Numbered from the stretch's first letter, positions 19,691 to 28,498 are shown. The stretch is 64,000 nt of DNA from Bacteroidales bacterium (GCA_016928075.1 JAFGLJ010000003.1:4581-68580); one strand, 5' to 3'. The notes: generated by a model not told the origin, from the letters alone. A program made the numbers and translations.

Positions 19691-20242
19691 TTACTTCCTG
19701 TCCTCCTCTTTTTCAGGCTCTATGGGAGTAACATCCCCTATGAATATTATGGTGCTTCTCTTTAATGATGAAATTGTAAGATTTGCCTCGCCGCCGGGGC
19801 TAATATCCAGGTTGATAAGATATCTTTCAGAATTACTTTCAACAGAAAATCTTACAAGAACTCTATTACGGCTATCACTTTCTTCAATCATAATATCCTC
19901 CAGTTTACCATCAATGCTTATACCCGATCCTCTTTCTGTGTCGGCCATGTGCTGAATTCCGTAAAATGGCAGATCCGCCACTACATCATAATAATGAACA
20001 ATAAGATAGTATCGGCCTCCCGCAATATCTATGGAAGGATATCCTGAACCGTAAGCTCTCTTGGCTGAAAATTTGTATAAACCGGAAAATGCCATCTCCT
20101 TCATTGCTTCGTAACCTTCCTTTATCTTCTTTTCCCTTTTCTCCCGGTATTTATCCATTCCACTGGTCAGTGCGGCACAATCAGTCAAAAGAACCGGTAT
20201 AATGAGAATAAATACTAATCCTGTTAGTTTGCCTTTCATCAC
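19691..20242 (-). CDS. Hypothetical lipoprotein
   Basis: 183 aa with signal peptide and lipobox (LLTDC). No family assigned with confidence. Confidence 0.55.
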   Translation of the reverse strand: MMKGKLTGLVFILIIPVLLTDCAALTSGMDKYREKREKKIKEGYEAMKEMAFSGLYKFSAKRAYGSGYPSIDIAGGRYYLIVHYYDVVADLPFYGIQHMADTERGSGISIDGKLEDIMIEESDSRNRVLVRFSVESNSERYLINLDISPGGEANLTISSLKRSTIIFIGDVTPIEPEKEEDRK

Positions 20243-20344
20243 TTCAATCTATTGTACCTAAAAAATAAGAAATTTTTTCGTGATAACTCTAATTTCTATG
20301 TGATTCTTAACTTAGTTAAAAATTAAACCTTAATCATATCATTA

Positions 20345-22408
20345 ATGAAGTACCTGCCAGTAGTATTAATTATAAGTACATTATTCATTTTTTCATGCGA
20401 TAATGACCAAACCACCCCTGGGCCTATTAGTACAGAAACACTCCTTGAGGAACTTATTTCTCTGGAGCGATTGAGTTATTTCCCTGATAATAAATACAGA
20501 ACAGTTCAATTCTCTTCATACGACAGGCGAAGTACCGTTTCCGGAAGGCCGGGATGGTTTAGTAATTCTGATGGTTTTGGAGCTGAGCCTGTGCCAGGAT
20601 TCCTTGAAACCCTTACAGAACCTGATTCAACTGGTATCGGAGAATATCTTGTTTGTGATATCCGCGGCCCCGGAGCAATAGTACGTACCTGGACAGCCAG
20701 GATTAATGGGGAGCTTGACGTCTACCTCGATAATAAAAATAAACCCGTCTACTCAGGTAATGCTGAAAAGTTCCTGTGGAACACTGCCTGGGCTCTTGAC
20801 ACTGATAATGACAGCAGCTTCCTTGAATCTGTTTTCAGGCAGAATGATGCCTGCTATTTCCCCATTCCTTTCAGTAAAGGATGCCGTATTGTCTGGAGGG
20901 GAGACATAAATCAACTGCATTTTTACCATATCCAGATGCGACTTTACAATGATAATACTGAAATAAGATCATTTTCCAGGGATGACATCGACAATGCTGC
21001 CGGCCTTATTGAAAAGATTGCAGGCATATTTAATTATCCTGGCAGTGAAATTTCGGTTAATGGTAAAGTAGTTTCAGGAGAATTGGTGATACCTGCCGGT
21101 GAAGCTGGAATTGTTGATACACTATCAGGAACATGGCAAATTACCAGGCTTGCCTTCAGAATTAAATCGGGCGAAATAAATACCGGATTAAGAAAAAATA
21201 TACTGAATATATTTTTTGATGATTCATCCATACCCCAGGTACATACCCCACTGGGTGATTTTTTTGGTGCAGCACCCGGGATTAATCCTTATTCCAGCCT
21301 GCCGTTCACAGTTAATGAGAATGGACTGATGATATGCCGGTTTCCCATGCCCTTTGAGCAGAAAGCACTTATAATGATAGAAAACCGTTCAGATGAAGAT
21401 ATGCATCTTCTTTACTCCTGCCGGTTTGAAAATTATGAATGGATTGAAGGCCGTTCAATGCACTTCAGGGCTAAATGGAGGATTGACAGGGAGATGACAG
21501 CCTCAAATGTTGATATACAGGATATACCATATATACTGGTGAAAGGAAAGGGAAGATTCGTAGGCGTGGCAGCTTTTATTAAAAATCCCAGTAGCGTTCC
21601 TTCGTCATGGGGTAACTGGTGGGGTGAAGGCGATGAAAAGATTTTCGTTGATGATGATATCAGCCCTTCTGTTTTCGGGACAGGATCAGAAGATTATTTT
21701 AACTACTCCTGGTCGTCAAGTGCACTTTTTGATCATATGTATTGCGGACAGCCACGTAATGATGGACCCGCAAACAGGGGTTTCGTGACAAATTACCGTT
21801 ACCAGGTAATAGATGACATAGTCTTTAACTCAGGGTTTGCCTTCTTTATGGAGCTCTGCCATCACGGGATTGTACATGACTTTGATTACGGCAGGATTTG
21901 CTACTATTATGCACCCCCTGAGACTTTTGATGATAATATGAGGATTTCAGATGCCGACATTGGCATGCAATCGATGCCCAACTGGGATGCACCGGGAAAA
22001 TACCTTGGTTCATCTGGTTATGAGTTTATTGAAGCAGAAGATATTGTGAGCCTTTATCCTGCTGACAGGTTGTTCTATGATTATTTATGGAGCGGGGGCA
22101 GGGCTTTCTTTAACACTTTCAGTTCAAAAGGCGATAGTTTTGAATTGAGATTCTCAATATCTGAAGCAGGTGAAAAAAGTGTACAATTGACTCTGGCCCA
22201 CACACCCCTGAGCGGCAAGGTGAAAATATACATCAAAGGATTGGAGGAACAAACAGCAGTTGAAGCCGACCTGAAATCAGATTACAGGATATTATCAAGG
22301 AATCACAGCCTGAGAAGAACAGAATTGCAGCCCGGCAACTATTCTGTCATTATTGAAAACCTTGAAGATGGAACAAACCGCGTTGGAGTGGACTTCATAT
22401 GGATTTAA
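20345..22408 (+). CDS. DUF2961 / glycoside hydrolase family 172-like protein
   Basis: Lipoprotein signal (FSC) and the characteristic WGEGDEKIFVDD ... FGTGSEDYFNY block of DUF2961. Confidence 0.75.
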   Translation: MKYLPVVLIISTLFIFSCDNDQTTPGPISTETLLEELISLERLSYFPDNKYRTVQFSSYDRRSTVSGRPGWFSNSDGFGAEPVPGFLETLTEPDSTGIGEYLVCDIRGPGAIVRTWTARINGELDVYLDNKNKPVYSGNAEKFLWNTAWALDTDNDSSFLESVFRQNDACYFPIPFSKGCRIVWRGDINQLHFYHIQMRLYNDNTEIRSFSRDDIDNAAGLIEKIAGIFNYPGSEISVNGKVVSGELVIPAGEAGIVDTLSGTWQITRLAFRIKSGEINTGLRKNILNIFFDDSSIPQVHTPLGDFFGAAPGINPYSSLPFTVNENGLMICRFPMPFEQKALIMIENRSDEDMHLLYSCRFENYEWIEGRSMHFRAKWRIDREMTASNVDIQDIPYILVKGKGRFVGVAAFIKNPSSVPSSWGNWWGEGDEKIFVDDDISPSVFGTGSEDYFNYSWSSSALFDHMYCGQPRNDGPANRGFVTNYRYQVIDDIVFNSGFAFFMELCHHGIVHDFDYGRICYYYAPPETFDDNMRISDADIGMQSMPNWDAPGKYLGSSGYEFIEAEDIVSLYPADRLFYDYLWSGGRAFFNTFSSKGDSFELRFSISEAGEKSVQLTLAHTPLSGKVKIYIKGLEEQTAVEADLKSDYRILSRNHSLRRTELQPGNYSVIIENLEDGTNRVGVDFIWI

Positions 22409-22649
22409 TCCCCCCCTTCAACTGAAGCAAAGCGGACTTTGTCATCCGAAGATTTATCGGAGGATGAGCTCGACGACCAGAAGGAGTCAACGGGTTAGGG
22501 GGATGTTTATATGTTTAACTAGTTTAATAGTTTAGGCGCAATCGCACGTCTCTACGGTTGTTAATAGTTGCAGTCTTCCCTCACAATTTCCTTTTTCCCC
22601 CGGCGTTCACTATGCTCTGCCGGGGTCTTCGCTTCGCTCCGACTTGTAC
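22409..22649 (+). repeat. Composite repeat element that starts at the stop codon
   Basis: It comprises a C-run/TTCAA start, a hairpin (22445-22461), GAGCTCGACGACCAGAAGGAGTCAACGGGTTAGGGGGATGTT, GTTTAA-type units, a GC hairpin plus CTAC, the ~33-nt module (22555-22590) and the 52-nt module (22592-22643). It is colinear with 59211-59394 and 57391-57573. Confidence 0.9.
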
Positions 22650-22840
22650 CTTTTATCTTTTGTCTTTTATCTTTTGTCTTTTGCCTTTTGTCTTTTGTCT
22701 TTTATCTTTTGTCTTTTGCCTTTTGTCTTTTGTCTTTTGCCTTTTGTCTTTTGCCTTTTGTCTTTTGTCTTTTATCTTTTGTCTTTTATCTTTTGTCTTT
22801 TGTCTTTTGTCTTTTATCTTTTATCTTTTCGTTTTATCTT
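22650..22840 (+). repeat. Tandem heptamer array (CTTTTRY), about 27 units
   Basis: 26 complete units counted by hand (variants CTTTTGT, CTTTTAT, CTTTTGC) plus a degenerate end. The array stops 25 nt before ATG 22866. Confidence 0.95.
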
Positions 22841-22865
22841 ACACCTTAATTTTTTACCTATTGTC

Positions 22866-25193
22866 ATGACCAGACATTTCAAATCAAGAGTTGAGAACAT
22901 ATTTTATCAAATGGCAGGCAATTATACCATCTCAACCCGCGTGCCGTACATCGTAGTGGATAATTTTCCAAGGCTCGGCCTCTTTACCGCACTCAGGTTC
23001 CTGGAGTGGGTGTCAGAGAACCCTGAAGGAGTGATTAGCCTGCCTACAGGGAAAACTCCTGAATATTTTATTAAATACACTCGCTACCTGCTGGATAACT
23101 GGGAGAAAAGAGATGTTAGAGATATACTTTCACGCTATGGATTGGAAAGCATGTCCAAACCCGATACCAGGGGACTTCAGTTTGTGCAGATGGATGAATT
23201 TTACCCGATAAACCCGGCACAGCATAACAGCTTCTATAATTACGTTCTTAATTTTTATATTGATGAGCTTGGGCTTGAACGTTCAAACTGCCTTACAATG
23301 AACTCGGTCTCCATTCCCCTGCCCAATGATATGCATTACCGTGAAATATTCCCGGATTTGAGTATAGACCTGAGCCTTCGTTTCAGGGAAGCAAAAACAA
23401 AAGAGGAGGAATTGAAGCAAAAAGCAATATTCATGGTCGACAACTGGTGCTCCGGATATGAACGGCAGGTTCGGGAGAAAGGGGGTATAGGATTCTTCCT
23501 CGGAGGTATAGGCCCCGATGGTCATATCGCCTTCAATACCAGGGGATCGGATCTGTTTTCAACAACCAGGCTCACCGCTACCAATTTTGAAACACAGGCT
23601 GTTGCTGCGGGTGACCTGGGAGGCATAGAAATATCAAGGAAAAGACTGGTAATAACAATAGGACTGGAAACTATTACCTGTAATCCTGATGCGGTGGCCA
23701 TAATTTTTGCAGCAGGTGAGTCAAAAGCGCGTATCATAAAGGATGCCCTTGAACACGATATGAATACTCTATACCCCGCAACTGCATTACAGAGACTTGA
23801 AAATAGCGTATTCTACCTTACAGGGGGAGCAGCCTCAGCCCTGGAAGACAGGGAAGACCTGTACTTTAAGGAAGGCGAATGGACTGATGAAAAAACAGAA
23901 AGAGCAGTGATTAACCTTTGCCAGAAATTGGATAAATACTCACGGCACCTGACACTTGATGACCTTGAAAGTGACAAATACTGCTCCATGATACCGGGTC
24001 TTGGGAATAAAACCGTTAAGGGAGTGGTTGACTCGGTCAGGAAAAAAATAGAACGGGGAATGATTAGGGATGAAAACAAGGTTATATACCATACGGGCCC
24101 TCACCATGATGATATAATGCTTGGAATATTGCCCAAATGTATGCGGCAGGTGCGCTCAGCTACCAATGATGTGCATTTTTGCGTTCTGACTTCAGGTTTT
24201 ACTGCAGTTACCGACCGGTTCATGGAAAGCATCCTGCTGGATACATTCAGGCTGCTGAATGAGGGTGAGATACAAATGATTTACTACGATGACTTTTTTG
24301 ACGGTGGCTATAAAATAAAAAGGTATAAGGATATTTATCATTACCTGAATGCTACGGCACAGCGTAACTATGCAGGTATGCGACGCGGCATATGCCACAG
24401 GGTGGTAAGAGGACTGGTGGAAATATGGGGACTGAAGGACAAGGTACAGATGATAGAAGTTATCAACAATGTAATAAGGACATTACGTAGCTCATATACA
24501 GGAAGTAAAAGCCCGGAACAAATACAGAAGCTGAAGGGAATGGTACGTGAATTTGAGGAGGAACTTGTATGGGCTCATTTTGGTGTACCTATCAGGAATA
24601 TACATCACCTGCGACTGGGTTTCTATAAGGGTGATATTTTTACTGAACAACCTGAGCATGAGCGTGATATAGAGCCGGTGCTGGATCAGCTGCGTACTTT
24701 AAATCCGGATATTATAAGCCTGGCGCTCGATCCGGAAGGAAGCGGACCTGATACACATTATAAAGTTCTCCAGGCAATTGCAGCCGCTGTAAAAGACTGG
24801 GGCAAAGAGAAAGATATTTCAGACCTGCGTGTTATGGGATACAGAAATGTATGGTACCGCTTCCATCCCTCGGAAGTAAATACCATTGTGCCTGTATCAC
24901 TGAATTCAATGGCCGTGCTTGAAAATTCGTTTGAGCAGTGTTATGGAAGCCAGGTACATGCATCATTTCCCAGCTATGAGTACGATGGCAAGTTTAGCGA
25001 TCTTACAAGAAAAATATGGGTTGAACAACTTAAACAGGTGCAACTTGTAACAGGCAAAGCCTTCTTCTACGATAGTGACCAGCCGATGCTCAGGGCAACA
25101 CACGGACTGGTGTATGTTAAAGATATGTCGGCTGATGAGTTTATTACTATGGCCGAAGACCTTGAAAAATTAATGGAAGGCGTCATATTCTGA
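22866..25193 (+). CDS. nagB: Long-form glucosamine-6-phosphate deaminase (NagB domain plus LmbE/PIG-L-like C-terminal domain)
   Basis: An N-terminal 6-phosphogluconolactonase/GlcN6P deaminase-like region (GIGPDGHIAFN) and a later HTGPHHDDIMLG motif (PIG-L/LmbE type). The listed ORF start at 22644 lies inside the heptamer array and is rejected. ATG 22911 is an alternative start. Confidence 0.8.
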   Translation: MTRHFKSRVENIFYQMAGNYTISTRVPYIVVDNFPRLGLFTALRFLEWVSENPEGVISLPTGKTPEYFIKYTRYLLDNWEKRDVRDILSRYGLESMSKPDTRGLQFVQMDEFYPINPAQHNSFYNYVLNFYIDELGLERSNCLTMNSVSIPLPNDMHYREIFPDLSIDLSLRFREAKTKEEELKQKAIFMVDNWCSGYERQVREKGGIGFFLGGIGPDGHIAFNTRGSDLFSTTRLTATNFETQAVAAGDLGGIEISRKRLVITIGLETITCNPDAVAIIFAAGESKARIIKDALEHDMNTLYPATALQRLENSVFYLTGGAASALEDREDLYFKEGEWTDEKTERAVINLCQKLDKYSRHLTLDDLESDKYCSMIPGLGNKTVKGVVDSVRKKIERGMIRDENKVIYHTGPHHDDIMLGILPKCMRQVRSATNDVHFCVLTSGFTAVTDRFMESILLDTFRLLNEGEIQMIYYDDFFDGGYKIKRYKDIYHYLNATAQRNYAGMRRGICHRVVRGLVEIWGLKDKVQMIEVINNVIRTLRSSYTGSKSPEQIQKLKGMVREFEEELVWAHFGVPIRNIHHLRLGFYKGDIFTEQPEHERDIEPVLDQLRTLNPDIISLALDPEGSGPDTHYKVLQAIAAAVKDWGKEKDISDLRVMGYRNVWYRFHPSEVNTIVPVSLNSMAVLENSFEQCYGSQVHASFPSYEYDGKFSDLTRKIWVEQLKQVQLVTGKAFFYDSDQPMLRATHGLVYVKDMSADEFITMAEDLEKLMEGVIF

Positions 25194-25297
25194 TAATATT
25201 ATTGCTCCAGGATGACTTTCTATTAAAAAACATTAACTTGCATAAAATATTATTTAATTATATTTAGCCCAACTAATGCATATCAAAATCCTAAACT

Positions 25298-26779
25298 ATG
25301 AAAAAAATATTATTGACATTTGTTGCCATAAGCCTTGCTTCAGGACTGATGGCAGGCGGGCTGGTAACTAATACTAACCAGAGTGCCAGCTTTACCAGAA
25401 TGCTGTGCCGGGATGCAACTATAGGTGTTGATGCTGTGTATTTTAGCCCGGCCGGCCTGACAAAACTGGGTAATGGCCTTCACCTGTCTGTGAGTAACCA
25501 GACTATAGGACAGACCAAGACTATTACAAATGATTTTCCGTTTCTTAATGGCACAAAACCCGTTGAATATATAGGTGAAGTATCTGCACCCATATTTCCA
25601 TCTGTATATGCGGTTTTCAAAATGGGTAAGTTTGCTATCTCTGCGGGCTTTAACCCTATTGGTGGAGGTGGCGGTGCTGAATATGCCACCGGACTGCCTT
25701 CATTTGAAATGATGGTGTCATCCCTTGTCCCTTCACTGCAGGCTGCACTCAATGAACTTGACCAGGGTGTGCAGCTATTGGGTTTTCCCGATCCATTATT
25801 CAGAAATGTGCAATCATACACTTCGGATATAGAATTTACCGGTACTTCGGTATATTATGGTGCACAGGTCAATTTCTCCTACGAGATAAACAACATGATT
25901 TCTGTTGCACTGGGAGCACGTTATATTATTGCCAGAAATACATATACAGGCTCTGTATCAAATGTGTTGATAACGGCATCCCCTAATCCTGCAACAGGAC
26001 TGCCTTCACCCTTTAACGGTACCCCGGGCGACTACCTGAGGGCGGTGGCCGCTCACCCCTATGCGGTGGGTGCTGGTGTACAGGGAGAACTTACTGCAGT
26101 AGCAGCTGCCCTGGATATGCAAACCTCGCTGGAAGCAGATGTGCTTGAAAGTGGAACCGGTATAACACCAATACTGAGTGTTAATATATCACCGATTGAT
26201 ATGCTTAATATTGCAATCAAGTATGAGCATAAAACAAAACTAGAACTTGAAACAACAGTAAATGATGGAAAAGATGCCGGAGGTATGTGGGTCGATGGCG
26301 AAAAAGTAGTCGCCGACATGCCTGCAATGCTATCCGTAGGCGCATCGCTCAATCCGCTGAATAAGCTGCTTGTGTCAGCGGGCGTACATTACTACTTCGA
26401 TAAGAATAATGATTACGACGGTGACCCGGATATAGACGTGGATATGATAGATAATAACTTTATCGAATATGCCATTGGAGTAGAATACAACCTCTTCGGA
26501 CCACTGAGTGTAAGTGCAGGCTATGCAGGGACGAGGACAGGTGTAAATGATAACTACCAGAGTGACGCCAGATACAGCCTTAACACCAATGGAATAGGGG
26601 GTGGAGTTAAACTGTCATTGACGCCGCTAATAGATATTAACCTTGGCGGATTATATACCATGTACGAGGATGGTGGTAAATCATACAATTACGACCTTGG
26701 GGGAAATCCGGTACCGGTTAACGAAACTTACACCACTTCAACCTGGATTGTGGCAGTAGGAGTCGATCTTCACTTCTGA
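25298..26779 (+). CDS. FadL/OMPP1-like outer-membrane beta-barrel protein
   Basis: Signal peptide, an N-terminal GGLVTNTNQSA.FTR..CRDAT..VDA.Y..PAGL block, and a C-terminal aromatic residue (F). Confidence 0.65.
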   Translation: MKKILLTFVAISLASGLMAGGLVTNTNQSASFTRMLCRDATIGVDAVYFSPAGLTKLGNGLHLSVSNQTIGQTKTITNDFPFLNGTKPVEYIGEVSAPIFPSVYAVFKMGKFAISAGFNPIGGGGGAEYATGLPSFEMMVSSLVPSLQAALNELDQGVQLLGFPDPLFRNVQSYTSDIEFTGTSVYYGAQVNFSYEINNMISVALGARYIIARNTYTGSVSNVLITASPNPATGLPSPFNGTPGDYLRAVAAHPYAVGAGVQGELTAVAAALDMQTSLEADVLESGTGITPILSVNISPIDMLNIAIKYEHKTKLELETTVNDGKDAGGMWVDGEKVVADMPAMLSVGASLNPLNKLLVSAGVHYYFDKNNDYDGDPDIDVDMIDNNFIEYAIGVEYNLFGPLSVSAGYAGTRTGVNDNYQSDARYSLNTNGIGGGVKLSLTPLIDINLGGLYTMYEDGGKSYNYDLGGNPVPVNETYTTSTWIVAVGVDLHF

Positions 26780-26780
26780 T

Positions 26781-26950
26781 CCCCCTTTGAAGGGGGTGGT
26801 CCCGGAACTCCGGGACCGGGGGATGTATAAATAAGTTTAAGTGGTTTAAGTGGTTTAAGTGGTTTAATACTAAACTCTTAAACCACTTAAGCATTTCAAC
26901 CCCTCAACCTCCCAATTAAACGATTTAACAATTCAACAACTCAACAACCA
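26781..26950. repeat. Composite repeat element with two hairpins, a 9-mer array and its inverted counterpart
   Basis: CCCCCtttgaaGGGGG (26781-26796); GGTCCCGGaactCCGGGACC (26798-26817); GGGGGATGT; GTTTAAGTG x3 plus a variant (26835-26870). Reverse-orientation copies follow and form an 11-bp perfect stem (26857-67 with 26878-88). Confidence 0.9.
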
Positions 26951-26988
26951 TAATGCAACCTTTGAATGCTACTATTAGTCTTCCAGGC

Positions 26989-28455
26989 ATGAAAAAATTC
27001 ATTTTCATATTAATATTTGTTTGCCTGACCGGCAGCATTTTTGCAGGAGGACTGGTTACAAATACAAACCAGAGTGCTATGTTTACCAGGTTCCAGTGCA
27101 GGGATGCAACTATAGATGTTGATGCAGCATACTATAATCCTGCCGGACTCGTACATTTCAGCGATGGCTTTTTCTTTTCAGTTAATAACCTGACTCTTGG
27201 AGAAGTCGACCTTATTACAAGCGATTCTGATAACTTCGATGAACCACAGGAATATAAAGGCAGAGTGATTACACCCATTTTCCCTGCTGTATATGCAGTT
27301 TATAAAACAGGCCGTTTCGCTTTTTCCGGAGGTGTAAACCTGATAGGAGGACGGGGGTCGGCTAAATATGAAACAGGACTGCCTTCCTTTGAACGGAAAA
27401 TTGCTGATCTGATACCTTATATGAGAACAAACCTCGAACCTGTAGACCAGGCCGTTACAGATGTATCCGGCTCAGACCCTCTCTACAGTAATATAACAGA
27501 TTATGAATTGACCGCTGAATATACTATAAGATCATTCCATCCGGGGTTGCAGCTTAATATGGCTTATATGATAAATGATTATTTCTCGGTGGCAACGGGC
27601 CTGAGATTGGTTAGAGGGAAAAATACCTATAGAGGGAGTTTAACGGGAATAAACATAAGCGGTACAAATGCAGATGGCTATTTCAAGATGGATCCTGCAG
27701 ATTATCTGAGAGAGATAGCCAATACAGTAGGAGATACACTGGTGCCCTCACTGGAAAATGCACTTGACCAGGTGGAACTGGGCACCAATGTGGTTGTAGA
27801 TGCAGTGGAGGTGGGATATGGATTTACTCCGGTGATAAGTATCGACTATGCTCCATCACTGTATACCAACTGGGCACTTAAATACGAATTCAAAACACGA
27901 CTGAGTCTCCAAACAGAAGTAATAAACGGTAAAGATGGGGGTGGAAGGTTTGTGGATGGTGAAGAGATTATTGCCGATATGCCAGCCATGCTGTCATTCG
28001 GACTTACCCGTAGACCCTCAAACAGGTTTATGTATTATGCAGGCATTCATTATTACTTTGATAAACCAATTGATTTCGACGGCAGCAAAGATGAAATTAT
28101 TGATATGATCGATAAAAATTCATATGAGCTGGCTTTCGGTGCCGAATATAAGTTTGGTAATGCCATACGGCTCAGCGCAGGTTGGTTGATGGTACGACCC
28201 GGTGTAAATAAAGAATACCAGAGTGAAAGACGCTATAGCCTGCCTTCAAATACACTGGGGGGAGGAGTGGGATTACGCCTCTCAGACCTTGTAGACCTGA
28301 ATCTCGGGGTTTCATATACACTGTATAAAAAAGGTGAAAAGGAATATAGCTATACACCCGAGAACACAACATCATCTGTTGATGTAACTGAATACTACGA
28401 TACACGCACATTTGTCTTTGCTGTCGGCCTCGACTTCCTCTTCGGCGAAAACTAA
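26989..28455 (+). CDS. FadL/OMPP1-like outer-membrane beta-barrel protein (paralogue of 25298..26779)
   Basis: It has the same N-terminal block (GGLVTNTNQSAMFTRFQCRDAT) and shared internal blocks (ADMPAMLS, HYYFDK). I chose ATG 26989 (MKKFIF...) over 26953. Confidence 0.65.
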   Translation: MKKFIFILIFVCLTGSIFAGGLVTNTNQSAMFTRFQCRDATIDVDAAYYNPAGLVHFSDGFFFSVNNLTLGEVDLITSDSDNFDEPQEYKGRVITPIFPAVYAVYKTGRFAFSGGVNLIGGRGSAKYETGLPSFERKIADLIPYMRTNLEPVDQAVTDVSGSDPLYSNITDYELTAEYTIRSFHPGLQLNMAYMINDYFSVATGLRLVRGKNTYRGSLTGINISGTNADGYFKMDPADYLREIANTVGDTLVPSLENALDQVELGTNVVVDAVEVGYGFTPVISIDYAPSLYTNWALKYEFKTRLSLQTEVINGKDGGGRFVDGEEIIADMPAMLSFGLTRRPSNRFMYYAGIHYYFDKPIDFDGSKDEIIDMIDKNSYELAFGAEYKFGNAIRLSAGWLMVRPGVNKEYQSERRYSLPSNTLGGGVGLRLSDLVDLNLGVSYTLYKKGEKEYSYTPENTTSSVDVTEYYDTRTFVFAVGLDFLFGEN

Positions 28456-28456
28456 C

Positions 28457-28491
28457 ATTCGCGATAATTCGCTCAAATTCGCGATAATTCG
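28457..28491 (+). repeat. ATTCGCGATAATTCG module, two copies 20 nt apart
   Basis: Identical 15-mers at 28457-28471 and 28477-28491, starting 2 nt after the stop codon. Confidence 0.95.
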
Positions 28492-28498
28492 TAATTTT

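Noticed and set aside
22800-22840. Bacteroidota -7 promoter boxes (TAnnTTTG) inside the CTTTTAT/CTTTTGT heptamers, and likewise at 57616-57636.
   Set aside because: The repeats give TATCTTTTG or TATCTTG, which miss the consensus spacing by one T. I cannot call them promoters from sequence alone.
22558-22865. ORFs 22558..22869 and 22568..22849, and the N-terminal extension of ORF 22644..25193, all encoding LLSFVFC-type repeats.
   Set aside because: They are translations of the CTTTTRY heptamer array. Three units make 21 nt, so every frame stays open. A normal ATG at 22866 (or 22911) precedes the conserved deaminase domain.
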